Below, piece by piece: positions 8,254-19,427 of a stretch of DNA of 36,291 bases. Both the position numbers and the translations under genes were made by a program. The notes beneath the pieces are model-generated. The model was not told the origin of the DNA. It saw only the letters and a list, made by a program, of their open reading frames with translations, and made no database searches. Source of the DNA: Candidatus Omnitrophota bacterium (lineage in GTDB: Bacteria; Omnitrophota; Gorgyraeia; Gygaellales; Profunditerraquicolaceae); assembly GCA_043812095.1 (NCBI GenBank), contig JBDRMO010000002.1, positions 1-36,291 of the forward strand, in the 5' to 3' direction. The number at the start of each line of letters is the position of its first letter. Within the stretch, counting starts at the first letter, position 1.

Positions 8254-8445
8254 ATGAATATATTGTTAAAACCCGTAAAATTTTTAAAGGAAGCAAAAGT
8301 CGAATTAGGAAAGGTTGCCTGGTCTACCAAACAGGAATTGATCGGCTCAACGGTTGTAGTAATTGTCGTAACCGCATTAGCTACTGTGTACATCGCTTCA
8401 ATAGACCTGAGTCTTTCAAAATTCTTGAGTTTGGTCTTTAAGTAA
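8254..8445 (+). CDS. secE: Preprotein translocase subunit SecE
   Basis: FLKEAKVELGKVAWS followed by one TM segment; between tRNA-Trp and nusG. Confidence 0.93.
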   Translation: MNILLKPVKFLKEAKVELGKVAWSTKQELIGSTVVVIVVTALATVYIASIDLSLSKFLSLVFK

Positions 8446-8972
8446 TGAAAAACTGGTACGTCGTACATACACAGACAGGATCTGAGGATAAAGTGAAGAC
8501 AACTTTGGAGAACAAAATATCTCAGGCAGGCTTAGAGGAAGCAATCAGTAGCGTTGTCATACCTACTGAACAAGTCTCAGAAATTCGCGGCGGAAAAAAG
8601 AAAATATCTAAAAGAAAATTTTTCCCCGGATACATCCTAGTAGAGATGGAGCTTAACGAAGAGACTTACCTTTTTGTAAAGACCTCTCCCGGAGTAACAG
8701 GGTTCATCGGTCCGGGGAAGAAACCAATGCCTTTACCGCAGCAAGAAGTAGACAGTATTCTAAAGCGGACTCAGGATACAGAAGCAAAGCCCTCTCCTAA
8801 AGTGAGTTTTGAAAAAGGTGAGCAAGTGAGAGTAACAGACGGGCCGTTCCTAAATTTTAACGGGACGATAGATGAAATCCACCCGGAAAAGGGAAAAGTA
8901 AAAGTAAGTGTTTCCATTTTTGGCAGAGCAACGCCAGTAGAACTGGAGTTCTGGCAAGTAGAAAAAACATAA
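8445..8972 (+). CDS. nusG: Transcription termination/antitermination factor NusG
   Basis: WYVVHT, FFPGYILVEM, KOW GPFLNFNG, IFGRATPVEL. Confidence 0.97.
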   Translation: MKNWYVVHTQTGSEDKVKTTLENKISQAGLEEAISSVVIPTEQVSEIRGGKKKISKRKFFPGYILVEMELNEETYLFVKTSPGVTGFIGPGKKPMPLPQQEVDSILKRTQDTEAKPSPKVSFEKGEQVRVTDGPFLNFNGTIDEIHPEKGKVKVSVSIFGRATPVELEFWQVEKT

Positions 8973-8978
8973 AACTTA

Positions 8979-9404
8979 ATGGCTAAGAAAGTTACCGCAC
9001 AAATTAAACTTCACGTACCGGCAGGATCAGCAAACCCTGCACCGCCGGTTGGACCTGCTTTAGGCCAGCACGGCGTTAATATTATGCAGTTTTGTAAACA
9101 ATTCAACGACCAGACTAAAGGAAAAGACGGAATAATTTTACCGGTAATAATCAGCGTTTATGAGAATCGGACCTTTTCCTTTATTATAAAGAGTCCGCCA
9201 TCTTCAGTGCTGCTTAAGCGCGCTGCCAACTTGGCTAAAGCATCAGGCATAAGCGGAAAAGAGACGATCGGTACGGTAAATAAAAAACAGGTCGAAGAAA
9301 TCGCTAAGCAAAAGATGCAAGACTTGAATACCCAGGATTTAAAACAGGCAATTAAAATTATTGAGGGTACGGCTCGGAGTATGGGCATAGCGGTAGAAGG
9401 CTAA
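8979..9404 (+). CDS. rplK: 50S ribosomal protein L11
   Basis: [19 protein letters not shown]...GTARSMG. Confidence 0.98.
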   Translation: MAKKVTAQIKLHVPAGSANPAPPVGPALGQHGVNIMQFCKQFNDQTKGKDGIILPVIISVYENRTFSFIIKSPPSSVLLKRAANLAKASGISGKETIGTVNKKQVEEIAKQKMQDLNTQDLKQAIKIIEGTARSMGIAVEG

Positions 9405-9410
9405 CTGATT

Positions 9411-10091
9411 ATGAAGACCCGCAGTAAAAGATATAAAGAATCGGAAAAACAGCTGGATAAGGAAAAAGTCTACGAGCTGAAGGAAGCTATCAGCACTATC
9501 AAAAAGATGCCGAAAGCTAAATTTGACGGTTCGGTAGACTTGCATTTTAAATTGAATATCGATAGTAAAAAAACTGATCAGGTAGTGAGAGGTACGGTAG
9601 TATTACCGCACGGAACAGGGAAAAAAATTAGGGTAGCGGTTTTTTGTAAAGGGGAGCAGGAAAAAATCGCTAAAGATGCCCTGGCGGATTTTGTAGGCGC
9701 AAATGATTTAATCGATAAAGTAGCGGGCGGATTTCTAGATTTTGATTGTGTAATTGCTAGTCCTGAAATGATGAAGGATTTAAGTAAGCTGGGTAAAGTT
9801 TTAGGCCCGCGAGGCCTTATGCCAAGCCCGAAAACAGGCACCGTAACTAACGATATCAAAAAAGCAATTGAAGATGTCAGGAAGGGAAAGGTAGAGTTTC
9901 GCGCTGATAAGCAAGCTGGCGTCCATCTATCTATAGGTAAGGCTTCTTTTGCTGAGGACAAACTCTACGAAAACGCCAGTTGTATAATCAACTCATTAAA
10001 TGATATCAAGCCTACATCTATAAAGGGTAAATTTATAAAAAACCTATCAATCGCTTCTTCAATGAATCCTGGCGTAAGGGTACTTATTTAA
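9411..10091 (+). CDS. rplA: 50S ribosomal protein L1
   Basis: VRGTVVLPHGTGK, LGPRGLMPSPKTGTV. Confidence 0.98.
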   Translation: MKTRSKRYKESEKQLDKEKVYELKEAISTIKKMPKAKFDGSVDLHFKLNIDSKKTDQVVRGTVVLPHGTGKKIRVAVFCKGEQEKIAKDALADFVGANDLIDKVAGGFLDFDCVIASPEMMKDLSKLGKVLGPRGLMPSPKTGTVTNDIKKAIEDVRKGKVEFRADKQAGVHLSIGKASFAEDKLYENASCIINSLNDIKPTSIKGKFIKNLSIASSMNPGVRVLI

Positions 10092-10092
10092 G

Positions 10093-10719
10093 ATGGAAAA
10101 GATCGGTTTACTATTAAAAGAGATTTCAGAAAAAAAAGTCAAAGATTCAATTAAGGAATCAAAGGCTGTGATCTTATTAAGGTATTCGGGTTTATCCGGC
10201 TCTGATTTGGCTTTACTAAGGCAATCTCTAAGAAAAACTGATGCCAGCTTATTTGTGGTCAAAAATAGCGTTGCTCGACGTGCGCTGAAAGATACAGGGT
10301 TAGAAGTATTAGTAAAATCAGTTGAAGGTCCTTGCGGGATAGTTTTTGCAAAAGATGAACCCGTAGGAGTCTCAAAGGCGCTGTGCGATTTTGCTAAAGA
10401 GCATGACAAGTTAAAATTTGATAGCGGATTCTTAAAAGATAAGCTTCTACAGAAGGAAGACATCGAGTCGATGGCTCGGATGCCATCAAAAGAAGTTTTA
10501 AGGGTTCAACTAGTAATGGCTTTAAATGCCCCGATTCGAGGATTAGTTTTATCTCTAAATCAGATAATCACTAAATTTGTTTACTGTTTGGATCAAATTA
10601 AAAAGAAAAAAGAACAATCAAAACCGGAAGAACCAAAAGCAGAAGAATCAAAACCAGAAGAACCAAAAGCAGAAGAATCAAAACCAGAAGAACCAAAGCA
10701 AGAAGAATCAAAGCAATAA
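10093..10719 (+). CDS. rplJ: 50S ribosomal protein L10 with a repetitive C-terminal tail
   Basis: VVKNSVARRAL, MPSKE; position between rplA and rplL. Confidence 0.93.
   Translation: MEKIGLLLKEISEKKVKDSIKESKAVILLRYSGLSGSDLALLRQSLRKTDASLFVVKNSVARRALKDTGLEVLVKSVEGPCGIVFAKDEPVGVSKALCDFAKEHDKLKFDSGFLKDKLLQKEDIESMARMPSKEVLRVQLVMALNAPIRGLVLSLNQIITKFVYCLDQIKKKKEQSKPEEPKAEESKPEEPKAEESKPEEPKQEESKQ
10616..10712 (+). repeat. 30-bp coding tandem repeat (about 3.2 copies; SKPEEPKAEE) at the rplJ 3' end
   Basis: AATCAAAACC(G/A)GAAGAACCAAA(AGC/GCA)AGAAG units at 10616, 10646 and 10676, partial at 10706. Confidence 0.9.
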
Positions 10720-10734
10720 GGAAAGGAGAGCAAA

Positions 10735-11118
10735 ATGGCTCAGAAAAATTTAGAAGAGATGGTTAAATCGATTGAAGGCATGACAGTGCTTGAGCTTTCA
10801 GATTTAGTAAAAGCGCTGGAAGAAAAATTTGACGTAAAGGCGAATATGCCGATGATGGCTGCTCCGGTTGCAGGCGCTGCTGGTGCACAGGCAGCAGAAG
10901 AAGAGAAGACTTCTTTTACAGTGGTTTTAACTAATGCGGGTGCGAATAAGATATCAGTAATCAAAGAAGTCAGGACAATGACTTCTTTAGGTCTAAAAGA
11001 AGCCAAAGATCTGGTTGATTCTGCTCCTAAGCCGATTAAAGAAGGCGTAACTAAAGAAGAGGCAGAAGAGATGAAGAAAAAATTGGAAGCAGCAGGCGGA
11101 AAAGTTGAATTAAAATAG
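10735..11118 (+). CDS. rplL: 50S ribosomal protein L7/L12
   Basis: [27 protein letters not shown]; SD AAGGAG. Confidence 0.98.
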   Translation: MAQKNLEEMVKSIEGMTVLELSDLVKALEEKFDVKANMPMMAAPVAGAAGAQAAEEEKTSFTVVLTNAGANKISVIKEVRTMTSLGLKEAKDLVDSAPKPIKEGVTKEEAEEMKKKLEAAGGKVELK

Positions 11119-11127
11119 AAAAATTAA

Positions 11128-14100
11128 ATGATTAAACGTAAGAATTTTGGAAGATTAAAAGAAGTTTTTGATATACCGCATTTTCTAGATGTGCAACTAA
11201 AATCTTATCGCGAGCTATTGCAGATAGATACTTCTCCTAAAGAGAGGCTTAATCAAGGTCTGCAAGAAGTTTTTGAAGAGATCTTCCCGGTTGAAAGTAC
11301 TGATCGCTCGGTAAAGCTTGAGTTTATCAGTTATTCACTGGGGAAGCCGAAATATAATACTAGCGAATCTATGGCTAGATCTCTGACGTATGCTGCGCCT
11401 CTGAAAGTTAAATTCAGGTTAATTACACCACAAGAAACTAAAGAGCAGGATGCCTATTTCGGCGAGATACCTTTAGTTACCGATACCGGAACATTCATAA
11501 TTAATGGAGACGAAAGAGTCGTAGTGAGTCAATTACAGCGTTCTCCGGGAGTTTCTTTTGAGGAAGAGTTGCATCCTACGGGAAAGAGAATTTTCTACGG
11601 AAGAATTATTCCTTACCGCGGCGCTTGGTTGGAATTTAAGTATGATCTTACTGAAACTATTCTTGCTTATGTTGACCGGCGCAGAAACTTCCCGGCTACT
11701 CAGATCTTAAGGATTCTCGGCTTTTCTACAGACAGCGATATAATTCAGGCCTTTGGCAAGGAGTGCCCTGAAATTACCAACACCTTAAAGAAAGACTATA
11801 CAAAGAATAAAGAAGAAGCGTACTTGGATTTCTACCGGAAGATGAGGCCAACCGAGCCGATCACTAAAGAAGCAGCAGAGGCTTTATTTTATAGACTATT
11901 TTTTGATCCGGGTAGATATGACCTTGAGAGAGCAGGAAGGTTTATTCTGAATAGAAAACTGGTTATGGATGTTTCTTTAGAGAAACGAATATTAGATTCT
12001 GCTACGGTAATCAAGGTTATCGAATACCTGATGAAGCTTAAGGACGGTAGCGGAAAAATCGACGATATCGACCATCTGGGGAATCGTAGAATAAAAACAG
12101 TGGGAGAGTTAGTGCAGAACCAGGTAAGAATCGGAATGGCCCGCGTGGAGCGCTCGATCAGAGAAAGATTAAGTATACTTGGTGAATTTGAGAACCTGAA
12201 CGTCCATTATCTAATTAATTCTAAACTACTCTCAAATCAGATACGTGATTTCTTTTCACGCAGCCAATTATCCCAGTTTATGGATCAAGTAAATCCTTTA
12301 GCAGAGACTACGCATAAGCGAAGGTTAAGTGCTCTTGGCCCAGGTGGTTTATCAAGAGAAAGAGCGGGATTTGAAGTGCGCGATATCCACCCGTCACACT
12401 ATGGCAGGATCTGTCCGATTGAAACTCCCGAAGGACCGAATATTGGTCTGATTGCTTCCTTAAGTACTTTTGCCAGAGTGAATAATCTGGGGCTTTTAGA
12501 AACTCCTTATAGAAAAGTAGAAGATGGCAGGGTTACAAAGAAGATTGAATACCTTACCGCTGACATAGAACAGGAATGCGTGATCGCTCAGGCAAATGTC
12601 CCCTTAGATAACGATGGATATTTTTCGGAACGCGAAGTCTCCTGTAGACATAGAGATGATTTCCCTAAAGTTAGCGGGAAGAAAGTTCAATATATGGATG
12701 TTTCGCCTAAGCAGCTAGTTTCTGTGGCAGCTTCATTGATCCCATTCTTAGAGCACGATGATGCCAACCGTGCATTAATGGGTTCAAACATGCAAAGGCA
12801 GGCGGTTCCTTTAATGATCACTGAAGCTCCGTTGGTAGGTACGCTGATGGAGGAAAAAGTCGCTAGAGATTCCGGAACAGTAGTCCTGGCAAAAGAGGCA
12901 GGCAAAGTAAACTACGTAGATAGCCACACTATTATAATAGGTAAAGAGACTTACCATTTGAAGAAGTTTCTGCGCACGAATGCAGACACCTGTATAAATC
13001 AAAGGCCTCTGGTAAAGCTAGGGGAACGCGTTGAACAGGGGAGCATTATTGCTGACGGTATAAGTACTAAGTCCGGAGAGCTTGCTTTAGGCAAGAACGT
13101 ATTATGTGCATATATGCCTTGGAGAGGGTATAATTTTGAAGATGCGATATTGATTAGTTCAAAATTGGTCAAAGAAGATACCTTTACCTCAATTCATGTT
13201 GAGGAATTTGAAATCGAGGCAACTGAAACACGCTTAGGAAACGAAGAGATAACTCGCGATATACCTAATGTAAGCGAAGAGGCTCTAAGCAACCTAGATG
13301 AAAGCGGAATTATCTGTATGGGCGCGGAAGTTGCCCCGGGAGATATCTTAGTAGGTAAGATTACTCCCAAGACCGATACAGAGCCATCTCCGGAAGAAAG
13401 ATTATTACGCGCGATATTCGGCGAAAAGGCCGGAGATGTACGCGATACCTCTTTGATCGTTCCTCCGGGAGTAGAAGGAATAGTGATTGATGTCCACGTC
13501 TTTCAGCGTAAAGAACGCGGAAGAAAAACAAAAGAAGATAAATCAAGAGAATTGGCAAAAATCAGGGAGCTAAAGGCTTATTATACGCAAGAGATAGAAT
13601 TTGTTGAGACTGAGAAAGTCGCAAGGCTTAGCCGGTTATTAAGCGTGGATAAAAAGAAGTTGGGAAAAATGGACTTTAGTGATAACGAAGAGGCAAAAAT
13701 ATTAGCTTCTTCTTTTGATGAGCAGATACAGGAATTGATAGCTGAGCAAGAACAGGAAATGGAGAAAGTAAGGCGAGGAGATGAACTGCCTGCCGGAGTA
13801 TTAAAAAGAGCCGTTGTTTACATAGCTACAAAACGTAAACTTTCAGAGGGAGATAAATTAGCGGGTAGGCATGGAAATAAGGGAGTAGTAGCTAAAATCT
13901 TACCGGAAGAAGATATGCCTTTTCTTCCCGATGGCACTCCCGTTGAAATAGTTTTAAATCCGTTAGGCGTTCCTTCACGTATGAACGTGGGTCAAATTTT
14001 AGAAGCCCATCTGGGTTGGGCAGCTAAAGCCATGGGGCTATTTGTTGCTTCTCCGGTATTTGATGGTGCCACGGAAAAAGAAATCAAAGAGATGTTAAAA

Positions 14101-14532
14101 AAGTGTAACTTTCCTGAAGACGGAAAAATTACGCTCTATGACGGTTATACCGGACGGCCTTTTGATCAAAAAGTTGCTGTTGGTTACACTTATATAATGA
14201 AACTAATCCATTTGGTTGATGAAAAAATTCATGCCCGTTCTATTGGACCGTATTCTCTAGTTACGCAACAGCCATTAGGCGGGAAGGCGCAGTTCGGAGG
14301 GCAAAGACTGGGAGAGATGGAAGTCTGGGCCCTGGAAGCTTACGGTGCTGCATTTACCCTGCAGGAAATGTTAACCGTCAAAAGTGACGATGTCGCAGGA
14401 AGAACGCATATCTATGAAGCGATCGTCAAAGGAGAACAACGTCTTAGTCACGGAACCCCAGAGTCATTTAATGTCTTAATCAAGGAATTACAGGGATTAG
14501 GATTGGATATCAGAACAGAGAAAGCAAAATAA
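11128..14532 (+). CDS. rpoB: DNA-directed RNA polymerase beta subunit
   Basis: [42 protein letters not shown]. Confidence 0.99.
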   Translation: MIKRKNFGRLKEVFDIPHFLDVQLKSYRELLQIDTSPKERLNQGLQEVFEEIFPVESTDRSVKLEFISYSLGKPKYNTSESMARSLTYAAPLKVKFRLITPQETKEQDAYFGEIPLVTDTGTFIINGDERVVVSQLQRSPGVSFEEELHPTGKRIFYGRIIPYRGAWLEFKYDLTETILAYVDRRRNFPATQILRILGFSTDSDIIQAFGKECPEITNTLKKDYTKNKEEAYLDFYRKMRPTEPITKEAAEALFYRLFFDPGRYDLERAGRFILNRKLVMDVSLEKRILDSATVIKVIEYLMKLKDGSGKIDDIDHLGNRRIKTVGELVQNQVRIGMARVERSIRERLSILGEFENLNVHYLINSKLLSNQIRDFFSRSQLSQFMDQVNPLAETTHKRRLSALGPGGLSRERAGFEVRDIHPSHYGRICPIETPEGPNIGLIASLSTFARVNNLGLLETPYRKVEDGRVTKKIEYLTADIEQECVIAQANVPLDNDGYFSEREVSCRHRDDFPKVSGKKVQYMDVSPKQLVSVAASLIPFLEHDDANRALMGSNMQRQAVPLMITEAPLVGTLMEEKVARDSGTVVLAKEAGKVNYVDSHTIIIGKETYHLKKFLRTNADTCINQRPLVKLGERVEQGSIIADGISTKSGELALGKNVLCAYMPWRGYNFEDAILISSKLVKEDTFTSIHVEEFEIEATETRLGNEEITRDIPNVSEEALSNLDESGIICMGAEVAPGDILVGKITPKTDTEPSPEERLLRAIFGEKAGDVRDTSLIVPPGVEGIVIDVHVFQRKERGRKTKEDKSRELAKIRELKAYYTQEIEFVETEKVARLSRLLSVDKKKLGKMDFSDNEEAKILASSFDEQIQELIAEQEQEMEKVRRGDELPAGVLKRAVVYIATKRKLSEGDKLAGRHGNKGVVAKILPEEDMPFLPDGTPVEIVLNPLGVPSRMNVGQILEAHLGWAAKAMGLFVASPVFDGATEKEIKEMLKKCNFPEDGKITLYDGYTGRPFDQKVAVGYTYIMKLIHLVDEKIHARSIGPYSLVTQQPLGGKAQFGGQRLGEMEVWALEAYGAAFTLQEMLTVKSDDVAGRTHIYEAIVKGEQRLSHGTPESFNVLIKELQGLGLDIRTEKAK

Positions 14533-17500
14533 ATGGACCAAGTCGTTACTTTCGATAGCATTTCGATAAAAATCGCATCCAGCCAGGTGATTAAGTCTTG
14601 GTCTAAAGGTGAGATCAAAAAGGCAGAAACGATCAATTATCGTACTCTTAAGCCGGAGAAAGATGGCCTATTCTGTGAGCGGATATTCGGTCCGGTGCGC
14701 GACTGGGAGTGCAATTGCGGTAAATACAAGGGCATAAAGTTCAAAGGGATTACCTGTGACCGATGCGGCGTCACCGTAGACCGCTCAAAGGTGCGTAGAG
14801 AGCGTATGGGTCATATCGAATTAGCAGCACCGGTGACACACATTTGGTTTTTTAAAGCAGTGCCTAGCAGGTTATCCGCTTTATTGGATATCGGCTTAAG
14901 GGACATGGAGAAGATCATTTATTATGAGGAGTACGTAGTGATCGATCCCGGCTCAACGCCGCTGAAGAAAAAGGAACTACTGAGCGAAGATAAATATCAG
15001 GAATGCCTGGCTAAATACGGCGCCAGTTTTAAGGCAAAGATCGGAGCCGAAGCAGTAAGTGACTTATTAAAGGAACTAGATCTGGACGCTCATTGCCGAA
15101 AGTTGCGTAGAGATATCGATAAGTCAAAAGATGCCTTAAGTAACCGTAAAAATTTAAAAACTTTAAAAATCGTCGAAGACTTTAAGAAATCAGGCAATAA
15201 AGCTGACTGGATGATCCTAGAGATCCTCCCGGTAATTCCTCCTGATTTAAGGCCATTAGTGCCTTTAGATGGCGGCAGATTTGCTACCTCTGATCTTAAT
15301 GACTTGTATAGAAGGGTGATTAACCGTAATAACCGGTTGAGAAAACTTATGGAGCTAAGCGCTCCGGAAATAATCATCCGTAATGAGAAACGTATGCTGC
15401 AGGAAGCGGTAGATGCACTCTTGGATAACGGGAGGCACGGAAAACCTGTACTCGGCGCAAACAATCGTCCTCTAAAATCACTCTCTGATATGCTCAAAGG
15501 GAAGCAGGGTAGATTTAGACAAAATCTTTTGGGTAAGCGCGTTGATTACTCCGGCCGCTCAGTTATAGTTGTAGGCCCTGAGCTTAACCTGCATGAATGC
15601 GGTTTACCAAAACAGATGGGGCTGGAATTATTTCAACCGTTTATCATTAAGAAATTAAGAGAAAAGGGGTTTGTGCATACTATAAAAGGTGCGCGCAGAA
15701 TGGTTGAGCGCGGTAAGATCGAAGTATGGGATATTTTAGACGAAGTAATAAAAGATCATTGCGTGCTCTTGAACCGTGCGCCGACATTACACCGTTTAGG
15801 AATTCAGGCTTTTCAACCGGTTTTAGTCGAAGGTAAATCGATTAAGATCCACCCATTAGTCTGCACTGCTTTTAACGCTGATTTTGACGGCGACCAAATG
15901 GCAGTGCACGTACCATTATCTTTAGAATCGCAGTTAGAAGTTAAGATTCTCGTATTATCGATCAATAATATATTTTCTCCTTCTGACGGAAGGCCGATAG
16001 TTACTCCTACGCAGGATATCGTCTTAGGTCTTTCATATCTGAGCAAAGAAAAGCCAGGTGCCAAGGGTGAAAATAAAGTTTTTTCTGACCCTGATGAGGT
16101 GCTGATTGCCTTTGATGATAATGCTGTAGATCTTCATAGCGCAATTAAATTAAGGGTAGAGAAAGTTTTTGTCCTTGAGGATAAAAAAATAATCTCTGAA
16201 AAACAGCTGCTCGCTACAACCGTAGGAAGGGTGTTTTTTAATCAGGTACTCCCCGAAGGGTTTGGATTTGTAAACATGGAACTAAATAAAAGGAACGTAG
16301 GCGATCTAGTAATCGAATGCTATAAACGCTTTGGGCACGGCGCATGCGTAAAGCTGCTAGACGACATGAAAAAACTCGGTTTTGAAATGGCTACTTTGGG
16401 CGGGATATCAATCGGCATAGACGACCTGCAGATTCCAGAAGAAAAACAGGAAGTTTTAAAAGAGTCAAAAGCAGAAGTAGCTAAGGTGGAAAGTCAATAC
16501 CGGCAGGGAATCATCACGGACAGTGAACGTAAAGCCAAAATCATTGATATCTGGACGCATGCTACAGATAATATCTCAGACTTATTGTTTAAGAAAATGG
16601 AGCGGTTTAATCCTATATTCATGATGGCTGATTCAGGAGCGAGAGGATCACGGCTTCAAATCAGGCAGTTAGCAGGCATGCGTGGACTGATGGCAAAACC
16701 TTCCGGAGAAATCATCGAGAGCCCGATTACCGCTAACTTTAGAGAAGGACTAAATGTTCTGGAATACTTTATCTCTACTCACGGTGCGCGTAAGGGGCTA
16801 GCTGATACAGCGCTAAAAACCGCAGATGCCGGATATTTAACCCGTAGATTAGTTGACGTTGCACAAGAGGTTATTGTTAGTGTTAGTGACTGCGGCACGC
16901 TTAATGGAATCACAGTCTCTGCAATCATCGAAGGCGATGAAGAAGTAGTCAGCTTGAAAGACAGGATTGTAGGAAGAGTTGCCTTGGATAACATCGTTGA
17001 TATTATTACCGATGAACAGATTATCAAGGCAGGCGAAGAGATCCTGGAAGAAAAAGCTGACATGATCGAAAGGCTGGGAATAGAGAAAATCCGTATCCGC
17101 AGCGTATTGACCTGTGAGTCAGGCAGGGGAGTTTGTACTAAATGTTACGGAATAAATCTGGCCAGCGGAATGTTGGTTGAACTGGGAGAGTCGGTAGGGG
17201 TAATTGAAGCTCAGAGTATCGTAGAACCGGGAACCCAGTTGACGATGAGAACCTTCCATATCGGCGGTACGGCATCAAGAGTTATTGCGCAATCATTTAT
17301 TAAGTCAAAAAATAAAGGTATCGTAAAATACCATAATTTAAGAGTTACCTCTAAGAATGAAGAATTTATAGTTTTGAACCGAAATGGTTCAATAAGCATA
17401 AACGATAAGCACGGAAGAGAACTTGAAAGATATACCGTTCCTCATGGTGCTATCCTAGTTATTGCTGACGGCCAGGAGGTTAATAAGGGGATAGCTTTTG

Positions 17501-18582
17501 TGCGCTGGGATCCATATTCATCTTCAGTTTTAACAGAAGTAATGGGTACAGTAAAATTCGAGGATTTACGTGAAAACGTCACTATTCGCGAAGAGTTAAA
17601 CCCGGTTACAAAATTAACAGAGCGAGTAGTAGTAGAGCATAAGCAGGAATATCATCCTCAGATAGTAATCTTAAATGAAAATAAGGAAGTCTTAGGAATT
17701 TATCCTATTCCAGTAGGTGCACATATTCTAATGAAAGACGCCCAGAAGGTAGGCGCAGGAGACCTCTTAGCTAAGATTCCGCGCTTAGTAGTGAAAACTA
17801 AAGATATTACAGGAGGTTTACCCCGAGTTGCAGAATTATTCGAAGCAAGGCGTCCTAAGGACCCCGCAGTAATCAGTGAAATAGATGGTTTCGTAGAATT
17901 CTCAGAGAATAAAAAGGGGCAACGGTTGATCGTGGTAAAATCTTCTACAGGCATGCAGAGAGAATACCTTATGCCGCACGGGAAACATCCCAATGTCTAT
18001 AAGGGCGATAAAGTCATCGCCGGCCAGCAATTAACTGATGGCCCAGTAGTTTTGCAGGATATTTTAAGGGTATGCGGGGATAAAGTCTTACAGGAATACT
18101 TAGTCAATGAAGTACAGGAAGTTTATAGGCTTCAGGGTGTGCGAATTAACGACAAGCATATTGAACTAATAATCAGACAGATGTTAAAGAAGGTAAGCAT
18201 TGAAGATCCGGGAAGCACTGAATTCTTACCTATGCAGCAAGTTGATAAGTGGAAATTCCAAAAAGAGAATTCGCGAGTAATTAAAAAGGGTGGAAAACCG
18301 GCTCAGGCAACGCCGTTATTACTAGGTATTACCAAGGCATCCTTAACCACAGAAAGTTTTATCTCTGCTGCCAGCTTCCAAGAAACGACCAAGGTGCTCA
18401 CAGAAGCTGCCTGTTCTGGTAAAAAAGATGAACTGTTTGGCCTGAAAGAGAATGTTATCGTGGGACACCTGATACCCGCCGGTACAGGTTTCCGTGATCA
18501 TCGTGATGTGGAAATGGAGAAACACGCAGAAGTAAAAACAGAATCCAAAAAACCAGAAAAAGAAAGCAGAAAGAAAGAATAA
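14533..18582 (+). CDS. rpoC: DNA-directed RNA polymerase beta' subunit
   Basis: Zn ribbon, catalytic NADFDGD, bridge helix GLADTALKT, trigger loop [12 protein letters not shown] with an SBHM-type insertion. Confidence 0.99.
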   Translation: MDQVVTFDSISIKIASSQVIKSWSKGEIKKAETINYRTLKPEKDGLFCERIFGPVRDWECNCGKYKGIKFKGITCDRCGVTVDRSKVRRERMGHIELAAPVTHIWFFKAVPSRLSALLDIGLRDMEKIIYYEEYVVIDPGSTPLKKKELLSEDKYQECLAKYGASFKAKIGAEAVSDLLKELDLDAHCRKLRRDIDKSKDALSNRKNLKTLKIVEDFKKSGNKADWMILEILPVIPPDLRPLVPLDGGRFATSDLNDLYRRVINRNNRLRKLMELSAPEIIIRNEKRMLQEAVDALLDNGRHGKPVLGANNRPLKSLSDMLKGKQGRFRQNLLGKRVDYSGRSVIVVGPELNLHECGLPKQMGLELFQPFIIKKLREKGFVHTIKGARRMVERGKIEVWDILDEVIKDHCVLLNRAPTLHRLGIQAFQPVLVEGKSIKIHPLVCTAFNADFDGDQMAVHVPLSLESQLEVKILVLSINNIFSPSDGRPIVTPTQDIVLGLSYLSKEKPGAKGENKVFSDPDEVLIAFDDNAVDLHSAIKLRVEKVFVLEDKKIISEKQLLATTVGRVFFNQVLPEGFGFVNMELNKRNVGDLVIECYKRFGHGACVKLLDDMKKLGFEMATLGGISIGIDDLQIPEEKQEVLKESKAEVAKVESQYRQGIITDSERKAKIIDIWTHATDNISDLLFKKMERFNPIFMMADSGARGSRLQIRQLAGMRGLMAKPSGEIIESPITANFREGLNVLEYFISTHGARKGLADTALKTADAGYLTRRLVDVAQEVIVSVSDCGTLNGITVSAIIEGDEEVVSLKDRIVGRVALDNIVDIITDEQIIKAGEEILEEKADMIERLGIEKIRIRSVLTCESGRGVCTKCYGINLASGMLVELGESVGVIEAQSIVEPGTQLTMRTFHIGGTASRVIAQSFIKSKNKGIVKYHNLRVTSKNEEFIVLNRNGSISINDKHGRELERYTVPHGAILVIADGQEVNKGIAFVRWDPYSSSVLTEVMGTVKFEDLRENVTIREELNPVTKLTERVVVEHKQEYHPQIVILNENKEVLGIYPIPVGAHILMKDAQKVGAGDLLAKIPRLVVKTKDITGGLPRVAELFEARRPKDPAVISEIDGFVEFSENKKGQRLIVVKSSTGMQREYLMPHGKHPNVYKGDKVIAGQQLTDGPVVLQDILRVCGDKVLQEYLVNEVQEVYRLQGVRINDKHIELIIRQMLKKVSIEDPGSTEFLPMQQVDKWKFQKENSRVIKKGGKPAQATPLLLGITKASLTTESFISAASFQETTKVLTEAACSGKKDELFGLKENVIVGHLIPAGTGFRDHRDVEMEKHAEVKTESKKPEKESRKKE

Positions 18583-18588
18583 CAAAAA

Positions 18589-18960
18589 ATGCCCACTATT
18601 TCACAATTAATTAGGTACGGAAGAATAAGCAGGAAAAAGAAAACAAAGTCACCGGCCTTAAAAGCTTCTCCGCAAAGACGCGGCGTATGCCTGCAGGTAA
18701 AAACGATGACTCCGAAGAAACCAAACTCTGCTTTAAGAAAGATCGCCAGAGTCAGATTAACCACAGGTATTGAAGTTACCTCCTATATACCCGGAGAAGG
18801 CCACAATCTACAGGAGCACTCCATTGTTTTAGTTAGAGGCGGACGTGTCAAGGATCTTCCCGGCGTAAGATACCATATCGTCAGAGGAACCCTGGATACG
18901 GCAGGAGTGAGCAATAGAAAGAAATCACGTTCAAAATACGGAGCAAAAAGACCGAAATGA
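18589..18960 (+). CDS. rpsL: 30S ribosomal protein S12
   Basis: [23 protein letters not shown]. Confidence 0.99.
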   Translation: MPTISQLIRYGRISRKKKTKSPALKASPQRRGVCLQVKTMTPKKPNSALRKIARVRLTTGIEVTSYIPGEGHNLQEHSIVLVRGGRVKDLPGVRYHIVRGTLDTAGVSNRKKSRSKYGAKRPK

Positions 18961-19427
18961 GAAGACGAAAAGCACACGAGAAAGAATTAACCGCTGACCC
19001 TAAATTTAACAGCAAGATAGTAGCAAAATTTATTAATATGTGTATGCTCAAAGGGAAAAAGCCGTTGGCAGAAAAGATTGTCTATGGTGCGTTTGAAAAA
19101 ATCAAAGTACAACTTAATGAGGCCGATGTGATAAAGGTGTTCCATAAGGCATTAGATAATGCCCGTCCCCGCTTAGAAGTAAAACCCAGACGTGTCGGAG
19201 GCGCAACTTATCAGGTCCCGATTGAAGTCAGGCAAGAGAGGGGCACTTCTATTTCTTTACGTTGGATCAGAGATTTTGCCAGATCAAAAAAAGGAAAGTC
19301 ATTAAAAGATAGATTAGCCGATGAAATAATCGCAGCATATAAAGGAGAGGGTTCATCGATCAAGAAGAGAGATGATACCCATAAGATGGCCGAAGCAAAT
19401 AAGGCCTTCTCACATTTTAAATGGTAA
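18957..19427 (+). CDS. rpsG: 30S ribosomal protein S7
   Basis: [21 protein letters not shown]. Confidence 0.98.
   Translation: MRRRKAHEKELTADPKFNSKIVAKFINMCMLKGKKPLAEKIVYGAFEKIKVQLNEADVIKVFHKALDNARPRLEVKPRRVGGATYQVPIEVRQERGTSISLRWIRDFARSKKGKSLKDRLADEIIAAYKGEGSSIKKRDDTHKMAEANKAFSHFKW

Noticed and set aside
12245-12345. RpoB rifampicin-region differences (FFSRSQL, PLAET)
   Set aside because: The key residues equivalent to Q513, D516, H526 and S531 are intact; the differences look like lineage variation
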